Positions 44,701 through 52,651 of a stretch of DNA of 52,651 bases are shown here, piece by piece. A program made the position numbers and the translations under genes. Each line of letters opens with the position of its first letter. The first letter of the stretch is position 1. This stretch comes from a virus. Lineage: Duplodnaviria > Caudoviricetes. The stretch spans positions 1 to 52,651 of IMG/VR virus record IMGVR_UViG_3300037010_002190; one strand, given 5' to 3'. Under the pieces are notes generated by a model. That model was not told the DNA's origin. It saw only the letters and a list, made by a program, of their open reading frames with translations, and ran no database searches.

Positions 44701-47336
44701 ATAGTGGAGGAGGATTTATTGAGAACCCAACTGCTATTTTAACTTCATCAGAAGCTAGTAATCTTCAGTCTGGTGTACATCTGTTCACAAATTATGTTGA
44801 AGCTCCAATTTTCAGTGTATCAACAAACTTCAACATAACAGCTGTAACAATTGCGACTGCTGGAACCGGATTAACCGATGGGGATTACCATTTTGATGAT
44901 GGTTTAGGTTTCGTTGTTGTGTCAGGAGGTGTTGCAGTTTCAGCTACAGTGACGAATCCTGTCATATATAATACCAACACCAAACCAACAATGACTGTGT
45001 CATCACTTGCAGGGGTAACGTTGAACACATTCGGATATTTCTCTGTTGCAAGCGTTGATACGACATTTTTCGGGAAGAATCTAACAGACGGACGATATCC
45101 ACTAGAGTTCACCGGTGGAAATGGTGGAGGTGCTTCGGCGTATATCAATGTGTACAATGGAACTGTTAGTGGGAATCCTATTAACAGTTCCGCTGGATCA
45201 TACGATTCAGTGCCATCGGCACAACTCAACAGTACTGTTCTTTCTGATATGAATATTATTACAGGAAATGCACTTCCTTCGTTTAAAGTACACATCGGAG
45301 GTGCTTTAACAGGGGTTTCGTTAGTTACACAAAATGTTGGAGGATGGGTTACTCAACCAACACTAAATGTAACGTCTCCGAGAGGAACCGGAGCTACAGT
45401 CAATGCAACATTTGGAAATATGATAGTGAAAACTATATCAAGAGTAACAATAACAAATGGTGGACTTAACTATACAACAGCTCCAACAATCCAATTTATA
45501 CCAATTGGATTAACGATGCAAAGACCAGCTTCTGGAACTGCCGTGATACAGTCAATTATGACTGGAACAATTTCAAAAATTTCCATGATATCAAAGGGTG
45601 CTGGATATTATGGAAAGGATAATGTATATAATGGTCCAGTTAATATGAGTATTTCTATTAACAATAAAAACGCCATTAACTCCACTGTTGTTGCTGCTCA
45701 AGCGTATCCAGTATTAGAAACTACATATGAAGTTGATAGTATTGTCATCGACAAACCTGGATTTGACTATAGTGTAAGTCCAACAGTTTCTTTGGTAGGA
45801 GGAGATGGAACAGGGGCAACAATTGATACGGTAACAATTAGCAGCATCACCAACCAAAGTGTTGTAGGAATGACTATCCAGTCTCCAGGAACAAATTACG
45901 TAGCAAACCCTGCTGTGGTAATAACTGGTGGTGGGGGTGTAGGAGCAACTGCTGAAGCTACAGCTAGTATCAACGTGTATGGATTTACTTTAGAGTTCCC
46001 AACAACTCTTGTTGATTATAAAACTGGAGATTCACTAGCTAAGAACAAGGAGTTACTAGTTGCAAACAAACAAACTGTAAACGTGTACAGGAATGGATTC
46101 AGTGTTGGATCAATTCCAGTATGGAATATCATTGATTCTACATTAGTAACTCCTCCTACAACTCCAGGTGTTGGAGATCTTTACGTTGTGTCTCAAGGGG
46201 GGTTAGGTGCATGGGTTGGTTTAGATAATCACCTCGTGATGTGGAATGGTTCTAAGTGGTATGATTATGGAAACACCACAAAAACAAGCTCAGAGGGTGG
46301 AAGTATTTTATATGAACACTTACCTCTTGCTGATCTATCCGGAGAAGGTTATTTTTCCAAGATACAAAATCAAGCAACCATTATCGATCCAACAAATATG
46401 AATAACTACGATAATATTCGTTTTGTGTTACCATTGTTCAACCAAACAACAGATCAACTAACTACAAACAACGTTGAATATCAGTTTGAGACTCCATATA
46501 CAAGTGTGGATTATTACAATGAACCTGACACAACCAGGAAGACAACAAAATACTATTTCTGGGTGAAAGATAAAACTAACACATCTTCAAGTCAACCACT
46601 GTCTCTGTTAGAAATTGCTGAACAATTAAAATCACCATCAACACCTTATATGTTTATGCAAGGATTCCAACCTACTAATACAGATACTGGAGCTCCGGCA
46701 AGATTTACTCAAGTTATAATTCGAGGAATATCAGATTTTATAACTGATGAAAATAGATATAAAATTCGGTTCCAACATAACCCAACCTTAAGAGATGAGA
46801 CTGACATCACTGCGAACTTAACTAAAAAGATTATGCACACAGAATGGGAGATGTTTAGACAGAATCAAACGTTTGCTGTATCAAAATTTTTGTGGACAAA
46901 ATTAACTGAGGCTGTTGTTGGTTATAAAGTAACAGATTCTTCTGTTGTAGTTCCAACGTTAAATAGGGTGTTATATGATCAAATGTTTGGCTCAGCAACT
47001 CGAATCGGTTTAGGGGAAGGACAAGCTTTTACAGATAAGAGTCTTTCTCTAAATACTATTGTTCAAACTATTGAAGATCCAAAGTATGATTTATCACCAG
47101 TTGACAAATCTTTGTTCTTGGATACTTATAGTTTTGATACCCCAGACGAAATTTTGAAGGCTATGAATTACATATATAATACATTCGCATATTCAGACAT
47201 TAACAGAATTTTCTTTGCATGTTTGCATGATGCACTTTCACTCAAAGAACAGTATGGAGATATAATGAAAACCTCTGCAATCGCAATTCATAGCGTCAAC
47301 GTTTTACAGACAGCTAATCAGGTGACAAATGGCTAA
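35718..47336 (+). CDS. Giant virion structural protein (about 3870 aa; baseplate wedge gp7-like position)
   Basis: Follows gp6, late promoter, aromatic/Thr-rich; large block of Gly-rich repeats; DUF2793-like motif near 46150-46260. Confidence 0.75.
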   Translation: MTNFSDYKKVRTNLFEQLPETLQTDVNEAFLENTVNRYLTKSELSTIFGTIGEQSPSVATSTNIVESEVQRQAYQLQPLLFSNIATVNHISSYSDILREAENLGVDPLRLPQWGNTTSFNFAPPIDFDKLVNWYQYFWYDVGNPNSSPQYITIKNNCAVSTAQLKTKQTQYDNLIQSGGTPAELAAIQVELNILEIANNCACYGNNNTGWGTTQWDDNPLNWWKEINPSIITPSSPSSGDLWFNTSTSQLMYYDGTAWEIFIPAETSFGSFAWDMISSSIAGISCKMQNDPWSQQNKWVHQEDVPNVAIAKRAQMPIIEYNPFLELNEWTYTKRIWSYRDSYLDNWTTVTTSPSLYEMGIPINVTNIQNPKLITVSGDHTEILTRTNKIRISVGSINSFFTVVSSSFSAASNTTTMVVVESISTLLPFSSNTVVKFELTTTQSGKPWGGFLKHWALLTSETPVPINTQVENPVVLLESFTQNSVDQQVFMLTSNTFLTSQDTIRVYVNGQRQYGTFLEGWSTTGTNFISTDDATYSSISGTNYVGQSGKIYNGVLGNAISFLRVPKFGSTIRIELHPAALSDQYLGAVEVRTSTDADFNTTLFQTDYITLANFRKVDQVKTQTNQYPIFDLFDAAGNTAYQANSIFVFEENQNFAINTNIGKRIVVKSTNASPKDYSFQQLLVDPLTGSLLCYKDMWGVSSTNPEGLQSIWRTGVTDNEYIPKYVNEYRLTDGEQYTDSTGAVQTVDLQIGSSGGCWEIPQQLVYNVHHENRSTLLFSELYSHLKSIIDAQPQPQGFENMTSSYYRLIENPNYGLGGTIKEFNDSYDTFLSALFQTTSTPRSIIDFAQTQNDYNILSLQDYCIKNFVSLITGTTNTFVVASDVYDLFATKAIENFEQNSLNISVFGDTTAYDSVSGKGVKNWIATLPFLKLAYPVTPLVMIDEQLGIKQVMHHDGHISSINLPTSTVQSLNNQVITITNGAKGSHNSRPIWTGVYNGMFWLNVVTNTLYRFTVAEVGPTIPPTTYEIGSLWLNDLTGLLYKRSSANPQGWELVSGVVGDVEMAWVQADIETIIVNVIYQTEMKLYEAVPAFEQLVFDFNSLVTTQPNNSVQGTEQNTFVSYLQNQYYDYVQQTHSDPLTTTFKLSDPFTWNYSSVTNIPPVKSNGSATEWSGSWESIYELNFGTAYPHILPWRLQGYFDKPTWWDLEYADHTGVRRWSTQMWTNIKNGVIPVGYNTPTGVAGTGFVSQVDGYYFMCVDTLTDQLLPPYVSGSTQTFLNDYSIYIAPVGSTLNDSFSFGNQGPTERSWRISTYFNYGLLHIAFRMQPVKFLHSTFGPSFIEVAGLQVDLSSQKVYSHKDAVFHGDLDQNNQVIKIAGLNQWYVNFNRFNDLDINVSNFRETWTSWDALLSYQTESFVNTKSLQIYNDNFSVIPEDYQVLVKKTPDLSDYWIDTLLVTTQTVGKDWSVSDNFKIPRYDGDDWTFSVHTPSPIQHGLTYYGVKKYPCVFDPISDKGFIPNTMSLPWAILKGSIQPGQEVIYEPDDTLTWFTGSPVQVSSLGSLPAPLIANTTYYIIKEDDQTFKLATSYTDAVVGLAIDIITTTTSQVYVEEVASTFIALDGVRTSNVWNHLSIDKRFVYQDNTPGVYRGVQTLINVIDGYVSYLKDLGWSFNQSESTEIDIDTGKIVSWQNEIERLITSIYTGLGTVTVMYNTGSHVSNVVEYQEVNPFRNNVWFNTPRGIVSDIYTGSYTDIRTETTVYDQSGNTLPSDYLYVFRSDLRTRLRGCSLSGSVYSQSGRTNMTDDETIRPYNDPHIGGMHLFIDGYEHIIMFNDYTSEGYLVFDPFLGLSASKFTLDFEKNTSITYRPNVGGYYLSEGQLVQNIENSVETMGMYYDTYQVNETSNYIDYARSLLGYQPPKYLDQLGMSSKSKFIFWRGMIQDKGSVNALTSFINAKDFVSVKVDEIWAYKIGEFGNVDNKQYYDINIQPKDIGKNELRLQFTTADNPVEQTFVEIATNDQVRWEHLPDQQQYVNSTTNLYFEADITNSTTIQVNNSLEVYEPGFNGPNIDVHIPNVGVVDGVMVVVHDTKDSVSSVLVPNEDYVRDNNDVLTILSDFDSQIGFDNDVYITTYLTTMNKSKYNPAFLIDKKTMSKLATIMLWHPAVGFHYQVPMSLIDSYQDLDNAVYNNTLLLNNVDAPNPLKAWSVAESGKIWLRTNSIDYVPYYNSTIFPDVRDRIRNWGRLADWSAFDVYQWTESPVPPAQWTQYVTQSVNNVQIAQNDKPTGIPLQNLLRRCTYVASDLTTQTTDWESLIYDPFIERNVYVDGNGVIIPSNSGQIQAVSVTFGGGGYETSPNIAISGGGGSGCVTTAQIGIVNPVPTGYPLSTTMKVINGGTGYSVSSPPSINIVGPTIGTVATATATVVQKTIKYVSNITLTNGGSNFSSGSTVQVTIESVDGNGSGAEAEVVLAPISTTTGLFIEDIVVSNGGDNYRYDEVKPIFVPNNNPNIPTLLAVGYAQVVSGGIFELEIHNSGSGYTVDGVFDVRLYSVDGSGYGAAGTVTISGGSVSDAQITNPGSGYSQNAIVELSSSYSGSATTTFSIVGVMKGSIGSVTLASDVGAINWYNPPLWDWTNKTVPLTMTTPSGSGTGALFSVELGNAGFTYVQSIKVTNGGSGFTSAPIITITDLTGKGAGASATAQVSQEITGVVDTITVTNVGSGYTIVPTVVIDSPPGYSPGSIAYSKASAIASISANNSSGVTGITLKSSGEGYTIAPSVVFENTGTGGIGAEAHAVLKFIETGRVDSIVVTNGGLGYTSVPEIKINDDGVFGAPAGNGATAVATLTQIPTGTVSSITINDGGTYLFEPNSLADTGSVAIDINSSGSGIGATATATLSDVKTMSNYIKTLSLGSGGNKYELEDVRNNLVQVLASDPNGGGVPALVGYGVMDSGGVTRVEVENPGSGLQDNTYSLDFFGSGYGASATAIVSGGRVVSVSVTNSGGGFIENPTAILTSSEASNLQSGVHLFTNYVEAPIFSVSTNFNITAVTIATAGTGLTDGDYHFDDGLGFVVVSGGVAVSATVTNPVIYNTNTKPTMTVSSLAGVTLNTFGYFSVASVDTTFFGKNLTDGRYPLEFTGGNGGGASAYINVYNGTVSGNPINSSAGSYDSVPSAQLNSTVLSDMNIITGNALPSFKVHIGGALTGVSLVTQNVGGWVTQPTLNVTSPRGTGATVNATFGNMIVKTISRVTITNGGLNYTTAPTIQFIPIGLTMQRPASGTAVIQSIMTGTISKISMISKGAGYYGKDNVYNGPVNMSISINNKNAINSTVVAAQAYPVLETTYEVDSIVIDKPGFDYSVSPTVSLVGGDGTGATIDTVTISSITNQSVVGMTIQSPGTNYVANPAVVITGGGGVGATAEATASINVYGFTLEFPTTLVDYKTGDSLAKNKELLVANKQTVNVYRNGFSVGSIPVWNIIDSTLVTPPTTPGVGDLYVVSQGGLGAWVGLDNHLVMWNGSKWYDYGNTTKTSSEGGSILYEHLPLADLSGEGYFSKIQNQATIIDPTNMNNYDNIRFVLPLFNQTTDQLTTNNVEYQFETPYTSVDYYNEPDTTRKTTKYYFWVKDKTNTSSSQPLSLLEIAEQLKSPSTPYMFMQGFQPTNTDTGAPARFTQVIIRGISDFITDENRYKIRFQHNPTLRDETDITANLTKKIMHTEWEMFRQNQTFAVSKFLWTKLTEAVVGYKVTDSSVVVPTLNRVLYDQMFGSATRIGLGEGQAFTDKSLSLNTIVQTIEDPKYDLSPVDKSLFLDTYSFDTPDEILKAMNYIYNTFAYSDINRIFFACLHDALSLKEQYGDIMKTSAIAIHSVNVLQTANQVTNG
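42717..45968 (+). repeat. Degenerate protein-level repeat block (V/I-x-V/I-T-N-G-G-S-G-Y-T-x-x-P-x-V-x-I..G-x-G-A-x-A-x-A)
   Basis: Well over a dozen recognisable copies in the translated ORF. Confidence 0.85.
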
Positions 47337-49956
47337 AGATCCAATTGCTGCTCTTATATCTTTTGTAAAGGATATTAAACCGTATCATACTAAAATCATC
47401 GAAGTTTTAGAGGATTATATTTACACCGATTTGATGTTTGTATCTTTCAAAGAAACTTTTAGTATGACAGGGACACTCGAGTTTGGGACTACGGATGAAA
47501 CCACACATTGTCCAGCAGGGTGGGGGATTCCTCCTTGGGGTGCACCATATTCAATTTCTCTTGAAGCAACTGTGGTTGGAAACATAACAGTAAATTCCAA
47601 TATGCTTAGCATATACAACATAATAACTCCGAATACGGTTGTCGTCCAAGGAGATCAGTCTTCTACAATTTCAGTTGGAGATATTTCTACTATCACTGAT
47701 TCATTTTTTAATGATGGGTCCTGGATTGTAGAAAATATATTTTATGATAGTACGAATGATAATACTAGACTTAATGTCGTGAATGTCACAAACCAGATCA
47801 ATCTAAACGTATATGGTGGATATACAACTGAACAACATCCACCAGGATATATTTGGGTGAATCCAACCAATTCAACAGCTTCGGAACAGTTAAAATTTTA
47901 TACAGGGGGAGTGTGGGTTTCCAGTTCAGTTTTATATCCACTTAATACAGATCCACAATTTATACAAGGATACACGGCACCAACTGGCTCAAACCCAGTT
48001 GGATCATATTGGTTCAATCTAAATGATAACACACTAAATCAATATGTTGGTGGGGTTTGGACCACAGTAAGTTCTTCAAACTATTTTGTTGGTACATCAA
48101 ACAACGAACTTAAAGCTAACCGTAACACTTTCTATATTGCTGGTAATGTTTCCAATTACATCGGTCCAGCTGATTCGATAGAAATATCAAATTCGGTTGA
48201 TAACCAAAATGGAGCTTGGTATGTACGAAGCGCGTGCTACAACACAAAAAACACTGCTTTACAGGTTCAGCACATTACAGACTCAACTGTTGATGGTGCT
48301 ATCTATACTAGAATTACTCAACCACCAACAACTCCAAGGTGGCCTTCTGGATTATATTGGTTTGATACTTTATCTAATGTATCAAACCCACTTAAAGTGT
48401 GGAATGGTGCGACCTGGGTTGTCCCATCTGGAACAATTTCGGTAACTGATACCACGCCAGTAACAGCCATTGTTGGGGATTTGTGGTACAAACCGACTAC
48501 AAATTTATTATTCAAATATACAACGACATGGGATCAGATTGCTGCAACCAATTACGTATTCGGGTTAGTTCCGGAAACGAATGACTTTAGTCCTGGTTTT
48601 ATTTTTGAAGGTCCAAAGGTTGTGGATTGGTCATTCAAATTTGACTTAATCGGTGTTGAACCATTGATGTCATCATTTATTCCTAATGAAGATTTTACTA
48701 ATGGGCTATCCAGTTGCAAACATGCTCAAATGTTACCAGATCCTACAGCACCAGGAGTTGTGTTTGTTATTGATGGAGATCAACTTTCTGCGTTCACTGG
48801 AAAACGAAACTTTATCGTACAAGGGTCTACTGGCAATGATGGTGTGTGGCAAATTGTTTCTTTAACATATGATCCAATATTGAAAACGACCTCGATCGTA
48901 GCTTCGTTCAATAACATCTCTAACATTTCCGTAGATCCGACTGCAACGTCGTCTGAATTCACGATGAAATGGAACTCTGACGTTGGATATTCATTAACCG
49001 GATCAGACTTATTTCTACCTATGACAAAGGCTGTTGTAACATCATTTGTAATTTCCAATTTTGATGAACCTCAGATATGTAGTTCTACTTCATCAACTGG
49101 GGTTACTTCAATATTTAAAGAATCATACACAATGGATGTATCGCTTCCAACCACAACAGCACCATTCAACATTTTAGGCGTTAACAGTTTAATCAATCCA
49201 ACAATTTTTATCATATCTGGAAATCAATCAAGATACTTTCCCGTTGGAGCAGTTTTTGATATTACAAACTCAGGTTCAAATGATGGTTTGTGGACTGTAC
49301 AAGCTTCGCAGTTTAATATAACTACCGGTAATACAGAAGTAATTCCTGTTGAACCAATCCCTGAGTTTATATTACCAAACGGAAACGTCGTTTTTGAACG
49401 TTTCGGGTTGACTGAAGTAATTACCACTGGAATCACAGAAAATAATATCCCACCAGCTTGGGAATTTTATTACCATGCAGCACCAACGACAAAAATCGAA
49501 ACAATTGATGGAGTAACCAATTCAGTGGTATTAAAAGGAGACATGCGAAGATTTTATCCGGCTGGATCAGTTGTTACAATTCAGAACTCGAAGAATGATA
49601 CTGGTTCGTGGAACTGGACTACAACACAAACAACATACGTTCAACCGACTATATCTCACCCTGAAGGTCAAACTTTTGTTAAAATATTCGAACCAATGAT
49701 AATAACAGCACCTTATGGAACCATATCCAGTGTGCCTAGTTGGGTGAGAGGAATTGGTTGGGATACCGTGGGCTGGTCTGACGAAAACAATTATTGGTTA
49801 ACAATAACTGAGTCTAACCCATTGGGAGGCCCTGGGGCTGTTACCATTGTAAATTATGACGTTGGGATGGAAAACCTTGGATCGTACGACGAGACTACAT
49901 TTGGGGAGGGAGGGTACGGGGATTCTTTACAACAATCACTACAGTTCCCTATCTAA
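47329..49956 (+). CDS. Virion structural protein (baseplate/fibre-associated)
   Basis: KPYHTKI N-terminus, repeated G.YWF.....L..W.G..W and S..NDG.W.V modules; overlaps giant gene. Confidence 0.65.
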   Translation: MAKDPIAALISFVKDIKPYHTKIIEVLEDYIYTDLMFVSFKETFSMTGTLEFGTTDETTHCPAGWGIPPWGAPYSISLEATVVGNITVNSNMLSIYNIITPNTVVVQGDQSSTISVGDISTITDSFFNDGSWIVENIFYDSTNDNTRLNVVNVTNQINLNVYGGYTTEQHPPGYIWVNPTNSTASEQLKFYTGGVWVSSSVLYPLNTDPQFIQGYTAPTGSNPVGSYWFNLNDNTLNQYVGGVWTTVSSSNYFVGTSNNELKANRNTFYIAGNVSNYIGPADSIEISNSVDNQNGAWYVRSACYNTKNTALQVQHITDSTVDGAIYTRITQPPTTPRWPSGLYWFDTLSNVSNPLKVWNGATWVVPSGTISVTDTTPVTAIVGDLWYKPTTNLLFKYTTTWDQIAATNYVFGLVPETNDFSPGFIFEGPKVVDWSFKFDLIGVEPLMSSFIPNEDFTNGLSSCKHAQMLPDPTAPGVVFVIDGDQLSAFTGKRNFIVQGSTGNDGVWQIVSLTYDPILKTTSIVASFNNISNISVDPTATSSEFTMKWNSDVGYSLTGSDLFLPMTKAVVTSFVISNFDEPQICSSTSSTGVTSIFKESYTMDVSLPTTTAPFNILGVNSLINPTIFIISGNQSRYFPVGAVFDITNSGSNDGLWTVQASQFNITTGNTEVIPVEPIPEFILPNGNVVFERFGLTEVITTGITENNIPPAWEFYYHAAPTTKIETIDGVTNSVVLKGDMRRFYPAGSVVTIQNSKNDTGSWNWTTTQTTYVQPTISHPEGQTFVKIFEPMIITAPYGTISSVPSWVRGIGWDTVGWSDENNYWLTITESNPLGGPGAVTIVNYDVGMENLGSYDETTFGEGGYGDSLQQSLQFPI

Positions 49957-50009
49957 AAATAAAAATACGACCAAAAAATATAGACTAAATATATAAAAAT
50001 ACCATATCA

Positions 50010-50017
50010 TATAAATA
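50010..50017 (+). promoter_or_regulatory. T4-late-type promoter TATAAATA
   Basis: Perfect motif upstream of 50040. Confidence 0.7.
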
Positions 50018-50039
50018 ACATAAAGGGGTAATAATTTAA

Positions 50040-51005
50040 ATGAACATACCTTTTCGTCAAGGGTTGGTGAGTTATCAAACTGATAACAACTCAAATCCAG
50101 CTTTCCTACAAAAGGCTTCCAGTGGAAACTATATCAATTTGTTTATTTCACCTATTCCAACTGTAGTAGCCTTTGCTCATGAAAACACAGATTATCTTTT
50201 TGAAGAAGTGAATACTGTACTCAATGCTTGGGGACCATTTAATGACTCCACACAGTATTGGTTGTACTGGGATATTAACTTATTAACCGCTGTCAGAACG
50301 TTTGGGTTAACAAAGTGGAGTCCAATAACATCATTAACTGCACCTCAAAACCCAAAGGTAGATCAACATTGGTTTAACCTCGCTAACACATCTATGAATT
50401 TCTGGAATGGAAGTAGGTGGGTTGAGGTAGTCCGCTGTTTTGCTGGATCGTATGATGGTTCTACACCAAATCCACACCGTTCAGGTACTCAGGTTAGTTT
50501 GGGTTTCCCAGTTAAAGCTGGATATATACTGTTCGATGACGACGAAAAACCTGTAAAGAAATGGAAACGAGATAACTCAGGTTTATTTTTAACAACTGAG
50601 ACACCAATGCTTACTCACAGTTCCAGAATATCGAATATAGTTCTTGATGGAGCTACTCAGGTAGTAAAAGCAAATCAAAACATTCCTGCTTGGTCAGCAG
50701 TTACACTGGATGGATATGATTCTATAGTACTTGCATCACATTTCGATCAAACTAGACCTTCAATCGGAATTACCAGATGGGATATGAGTCCAGGGGATGT
50801 TGGAATAATAACATCCCGTGGATATATTACAAACAATAATTGGAACTGGTCCGTACCAGCCACGTCTCCGTTGTTCGTGGGTGAGTCAGGACAAATAACA
50901 ACCACTGTTCCCCAGACTGGATCAATTCAACAGATAGGTGTAGTTGTAAATTCTGACACTATCCTCGTTGATATTAAAACTCAAATAATTTTAGAAGCAG
51001 TATGA
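50040..51005 (+). CDS. Virion structural protein
   Basis: DQHWFN.....MNFWNGSRW module; C-terminal LFVGESGQITTT.P..G..QQIG domain. Confidence 0.65.
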   Translation: MNIPFRQGLVSYQTDNNSNPAFLQKASSGNYINLFISPIPTVVAFAHENTDYLFEEVNTVLNAWGPFNDSTQYWLYWDINLLTAVRTFGLTKWSPITSLTAPQNPKVDQHWFNLANTSMNFWNGSRWVEVVRCFAGSYDGSTPNPHRSGTQVSLGFPVKAGYILFDDDEKPVKKWKRDNSGLFLTTETPMLTHSSRISNIVLDGATQVVKANQNIPAWSAVTLDGYDSIVLASHFDQTRPSIGITRWDMSPGDVGIITSRGYITNNNWNWSVPATSPLFVGESGQITTTVPQTGSIQQIGVVVNSDTILVDIKTQIILEAV

Positions 51006-51064
51006 GGAGTATGATAATGAAAAAAACATATTTCAATTATTTGACAAAGACTGTGGAGGAATAA

Positions 51065-51394
51065 ATGGGAAATTTTACTCCTCCAAATACATTAAATACA
51101 TACAATCTAGTTCCTTTATATGTTGATAAAGAAACAGGTAAAACGGTTGCAACAGGAGAAAGAACAGCTGCATCACCTGGAACAACAGAAGGAAATGCTT
51201 TCTTTCAAACTGTTGAATCTACTACATGGACGATCACACATAATAAAAACACCACAACTTTTGTTTATCAAATTTTTACTAACACAATGGAACAGGTTTG
51301 GCCTGATTTTGTTACAATTAACGATCCAAATGAGATGACAATACACTTTCTGACTGCTATGTCAGGTGTTGTATATATCATCTTCTTTAAATGA
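51065..51394 (+). CDS. Small virion structural protein
   Basis: GGAGG RBS; STTWTITHN..V.PD.V.I.D.N..TI.F....SG motif. Confidence 0.65.
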   Translation: MGNFTPPNTLNTYNLVPLYVDKETGKTVATGERTAASPGTTEGNAFFQTVESTTWTITHNKNTTTFVYQIFTNTMEQVWPDFVTINDPNEMTIHFLTAMSGVVYIIFFK

Positions 51395-51399
51395 CTTAC

Positions 51400-51407
51400 C
51401 ATAAATA
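51400..51407 (+). promoter_or_regulatory. Late-type promoter CATAAATA
   Basis: ATAAATA core upstream of 51432. Confidence 0.5.
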
Positions 51408-51431
51408 AAAAGACACATAGGAATATAACAA

Positions 51432-51671
51432 ATGGAATATAAAACATCTGATATTGTGTTAGCGTCCTGCTTAAAGATTAATGCTTATAATCTAAGCACT
51501 ATCACAGTCGACTCTTTTGGAAAAGGGACATTCGTATTCGAAAATGTCGACGACAATTTCATACAAAATTTTGACTTGGGTAAGGTTCTTGTTGAGCCAG
51601 TCATCTTTAACAACACAATCAAACAACTAACAACTTCCGTTAGAAGGATCAATAAAGGAAGTCAGGTTTAA
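51432..51671 (+). CDS. DUF5659-like small protein
   Basis: YKTSDIVLASCL......F.FE......VEP..F...IKQL pattern. Confidence 0.55.
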   Translation: MEYKTSDIVLASCLKINAYNLSTITVDSFGKGTFVFENVDDNFIQNFDLGKVLVEPVIFNNTIKQLTTSVRRINKGSQV

Positions 51672-51786
51672 AGGGGTATTTGACTCAGGTTGTAATTTGT
51701 GTGAATAATAATAATAAATATGGTAGTCAATAGATGACTGTTTTTGCAAAAACAATAAAAACGATTTTAAAACAAGGAGATTTGCA

Positions 51787-52651
51787 ATGAAACTCAATGG
51801 TAATTTAACATTCTTTAACCTTGGTGATGGCGAAATTCAAAACGCTATTATTGAGCGTAAAACAACAGCAACAATGCCAAGTGCATCCTTAGCGGGATCT
51901 GCTGGTCGTATTGTTTACAACACAACAGACAGCGTATACTACTATTCTGATGGTACAGCTTGGGTTGCTTTTGCAACTGGTGGAAGTGCTACCACTCTAC
52001 AAGCAGAAGTTGATGCAATCGAATCTACATTAGGTACAATGATCAATGGTGATGGTACAACTAACATTGGAAATGTTTTAACAGATACTGTTTTTGGTGG
52101 TGCTACTAATTTGACATCTGCGTTAAATAGTTTAGCGACATTCGTTAAAGGTCACGACAATTTATCAGAATTAGGTGACGTTAATACAGGTACTGCAAAT
52201 GCTTCTGCAACAGCTGGTCAGTCTTTAGTTTGGAACGCTGGTACAAGTAAGTGGGTTAACCATTCATTGGTTCTTGCTGATGTAACCGATGTTACAACAA
52301 CAGCAACAGAAGTTAATCAACTTCATTCTGCTGGTGCAGTAAATGCAGACTTCGTTAAGCTTCATGCAATTACAGAAACAGCTGCTAAGATCAATGGTTT
52401 TGATGCACGTATTACAAACAACGAAGGTGATGTTCTAAATCTAGAAACATTCACAGGTATGACTGATGGTTCAGCTGCTCATAGCTACTCTTCAACAGCA
52501 ATTGTTGGTTCGACTGACAGTCTTGAAGTTGCTATCGGTAAGTTGGATGCAGCCACAGGTGCAGTTGCTACAGGCGGTACCGGAATTCTTGCTTCTAATG
52601 GTACAACAATTTCCTATCGTACATTAACAGCTCCTGCAGCTGGTATTACAG
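51787..52651 (+). CDS. Tail-fibre/decoration-like structural protein (3' truncated; absent from ORF track)
   Basis: AAGGAG RBS and AATAAATA (51713-51720); open to window end: MKLNGNLTF..GRIVYNTTD..YYSDGTAW..LSELGDV..GQSLVWNAGTSKWVN. Confidence 0.8.
   Translation, partial: MKLNGNLTFFNLGDGEIQNAIIERKTTATMPSASLAGSAGRIVYNTTDSVYYYSDGTAWVAFATGGSATTLQAEVDAIESTLGTMINGDGTTNIGNVLTDTVFGGATNLTSALNSLATFVKGHDNLSELGDVNTGTANASATAGQSLVWNAGTSKWVNHSLVLADVTDVTTTATEVNQLHSAGAVNADFVKLHAITETAAKINGFDARITNNEGDVLNLETFTGMTDGSAAHSYSSTAIVGSTDSLEVAIGKLDAATGAVATGGTGILASNGTTISYRTLTAPAAGIT

Noticed and set aside
42717-45968. CRISPR array or diversity-generating retroelement in the repetitive region
   Set aside because: Repeats are degenerate and protein-level within one ORF; no reverse transcriptase or adenine-variant TR/VR pair noticed
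1-52651. Stop-codon reassignment (TAG or TGA), as in some large phages
   Set aside because: Long conserved genes are intact in code 11 and end in TAA, TAG and TGA; the few in-frame stops are isolated and of different types

Overview
AT-rich segment of a large T4-related (jumbo myovirus-like) phage genome in standard genetic code, with recurrent T4-late-type (T/G/A/C)ATAAATA promoters and a few sigma70-type promoters. The left half (1-28.9 kb) carries counter-defence, proteostasis, nucleotide-metabolism and replication genes: an Acb1 anti-CBASS phosphodiesterase, a HAD phosphatase, DHFR, a ClpP-like protease, primase, both type II topoisomerase subunits, an intein-containing class II ribonucleotide reductase, dCMP deaminase, a DnaB/gp41 helicase and an exonuclease. 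The right half (28.9-52.6 kb) is a baseplate/tail module: gp5-like hub, gp25, gp6, a 3873-aa structural protein and fibre-like proteins. The most notable element is missing from the ORF track: a circularly permuted (two-piece) tmRNA gene at about 2657-2947. It has a G3:U70 acceptor stem, a hairpin intervening segment, the tag ANDSYYGETRLAA, and its own promoter and terminator, and it lies about 1 kb from the ClpP-like gene. Four free-standing putative homing endonucleases, an atypical Ser1 intein, several proteins with capsid-targeting-like N-termini and three decayed genes are also present. All family calls come from motifs recognised by eye; no searches were run.
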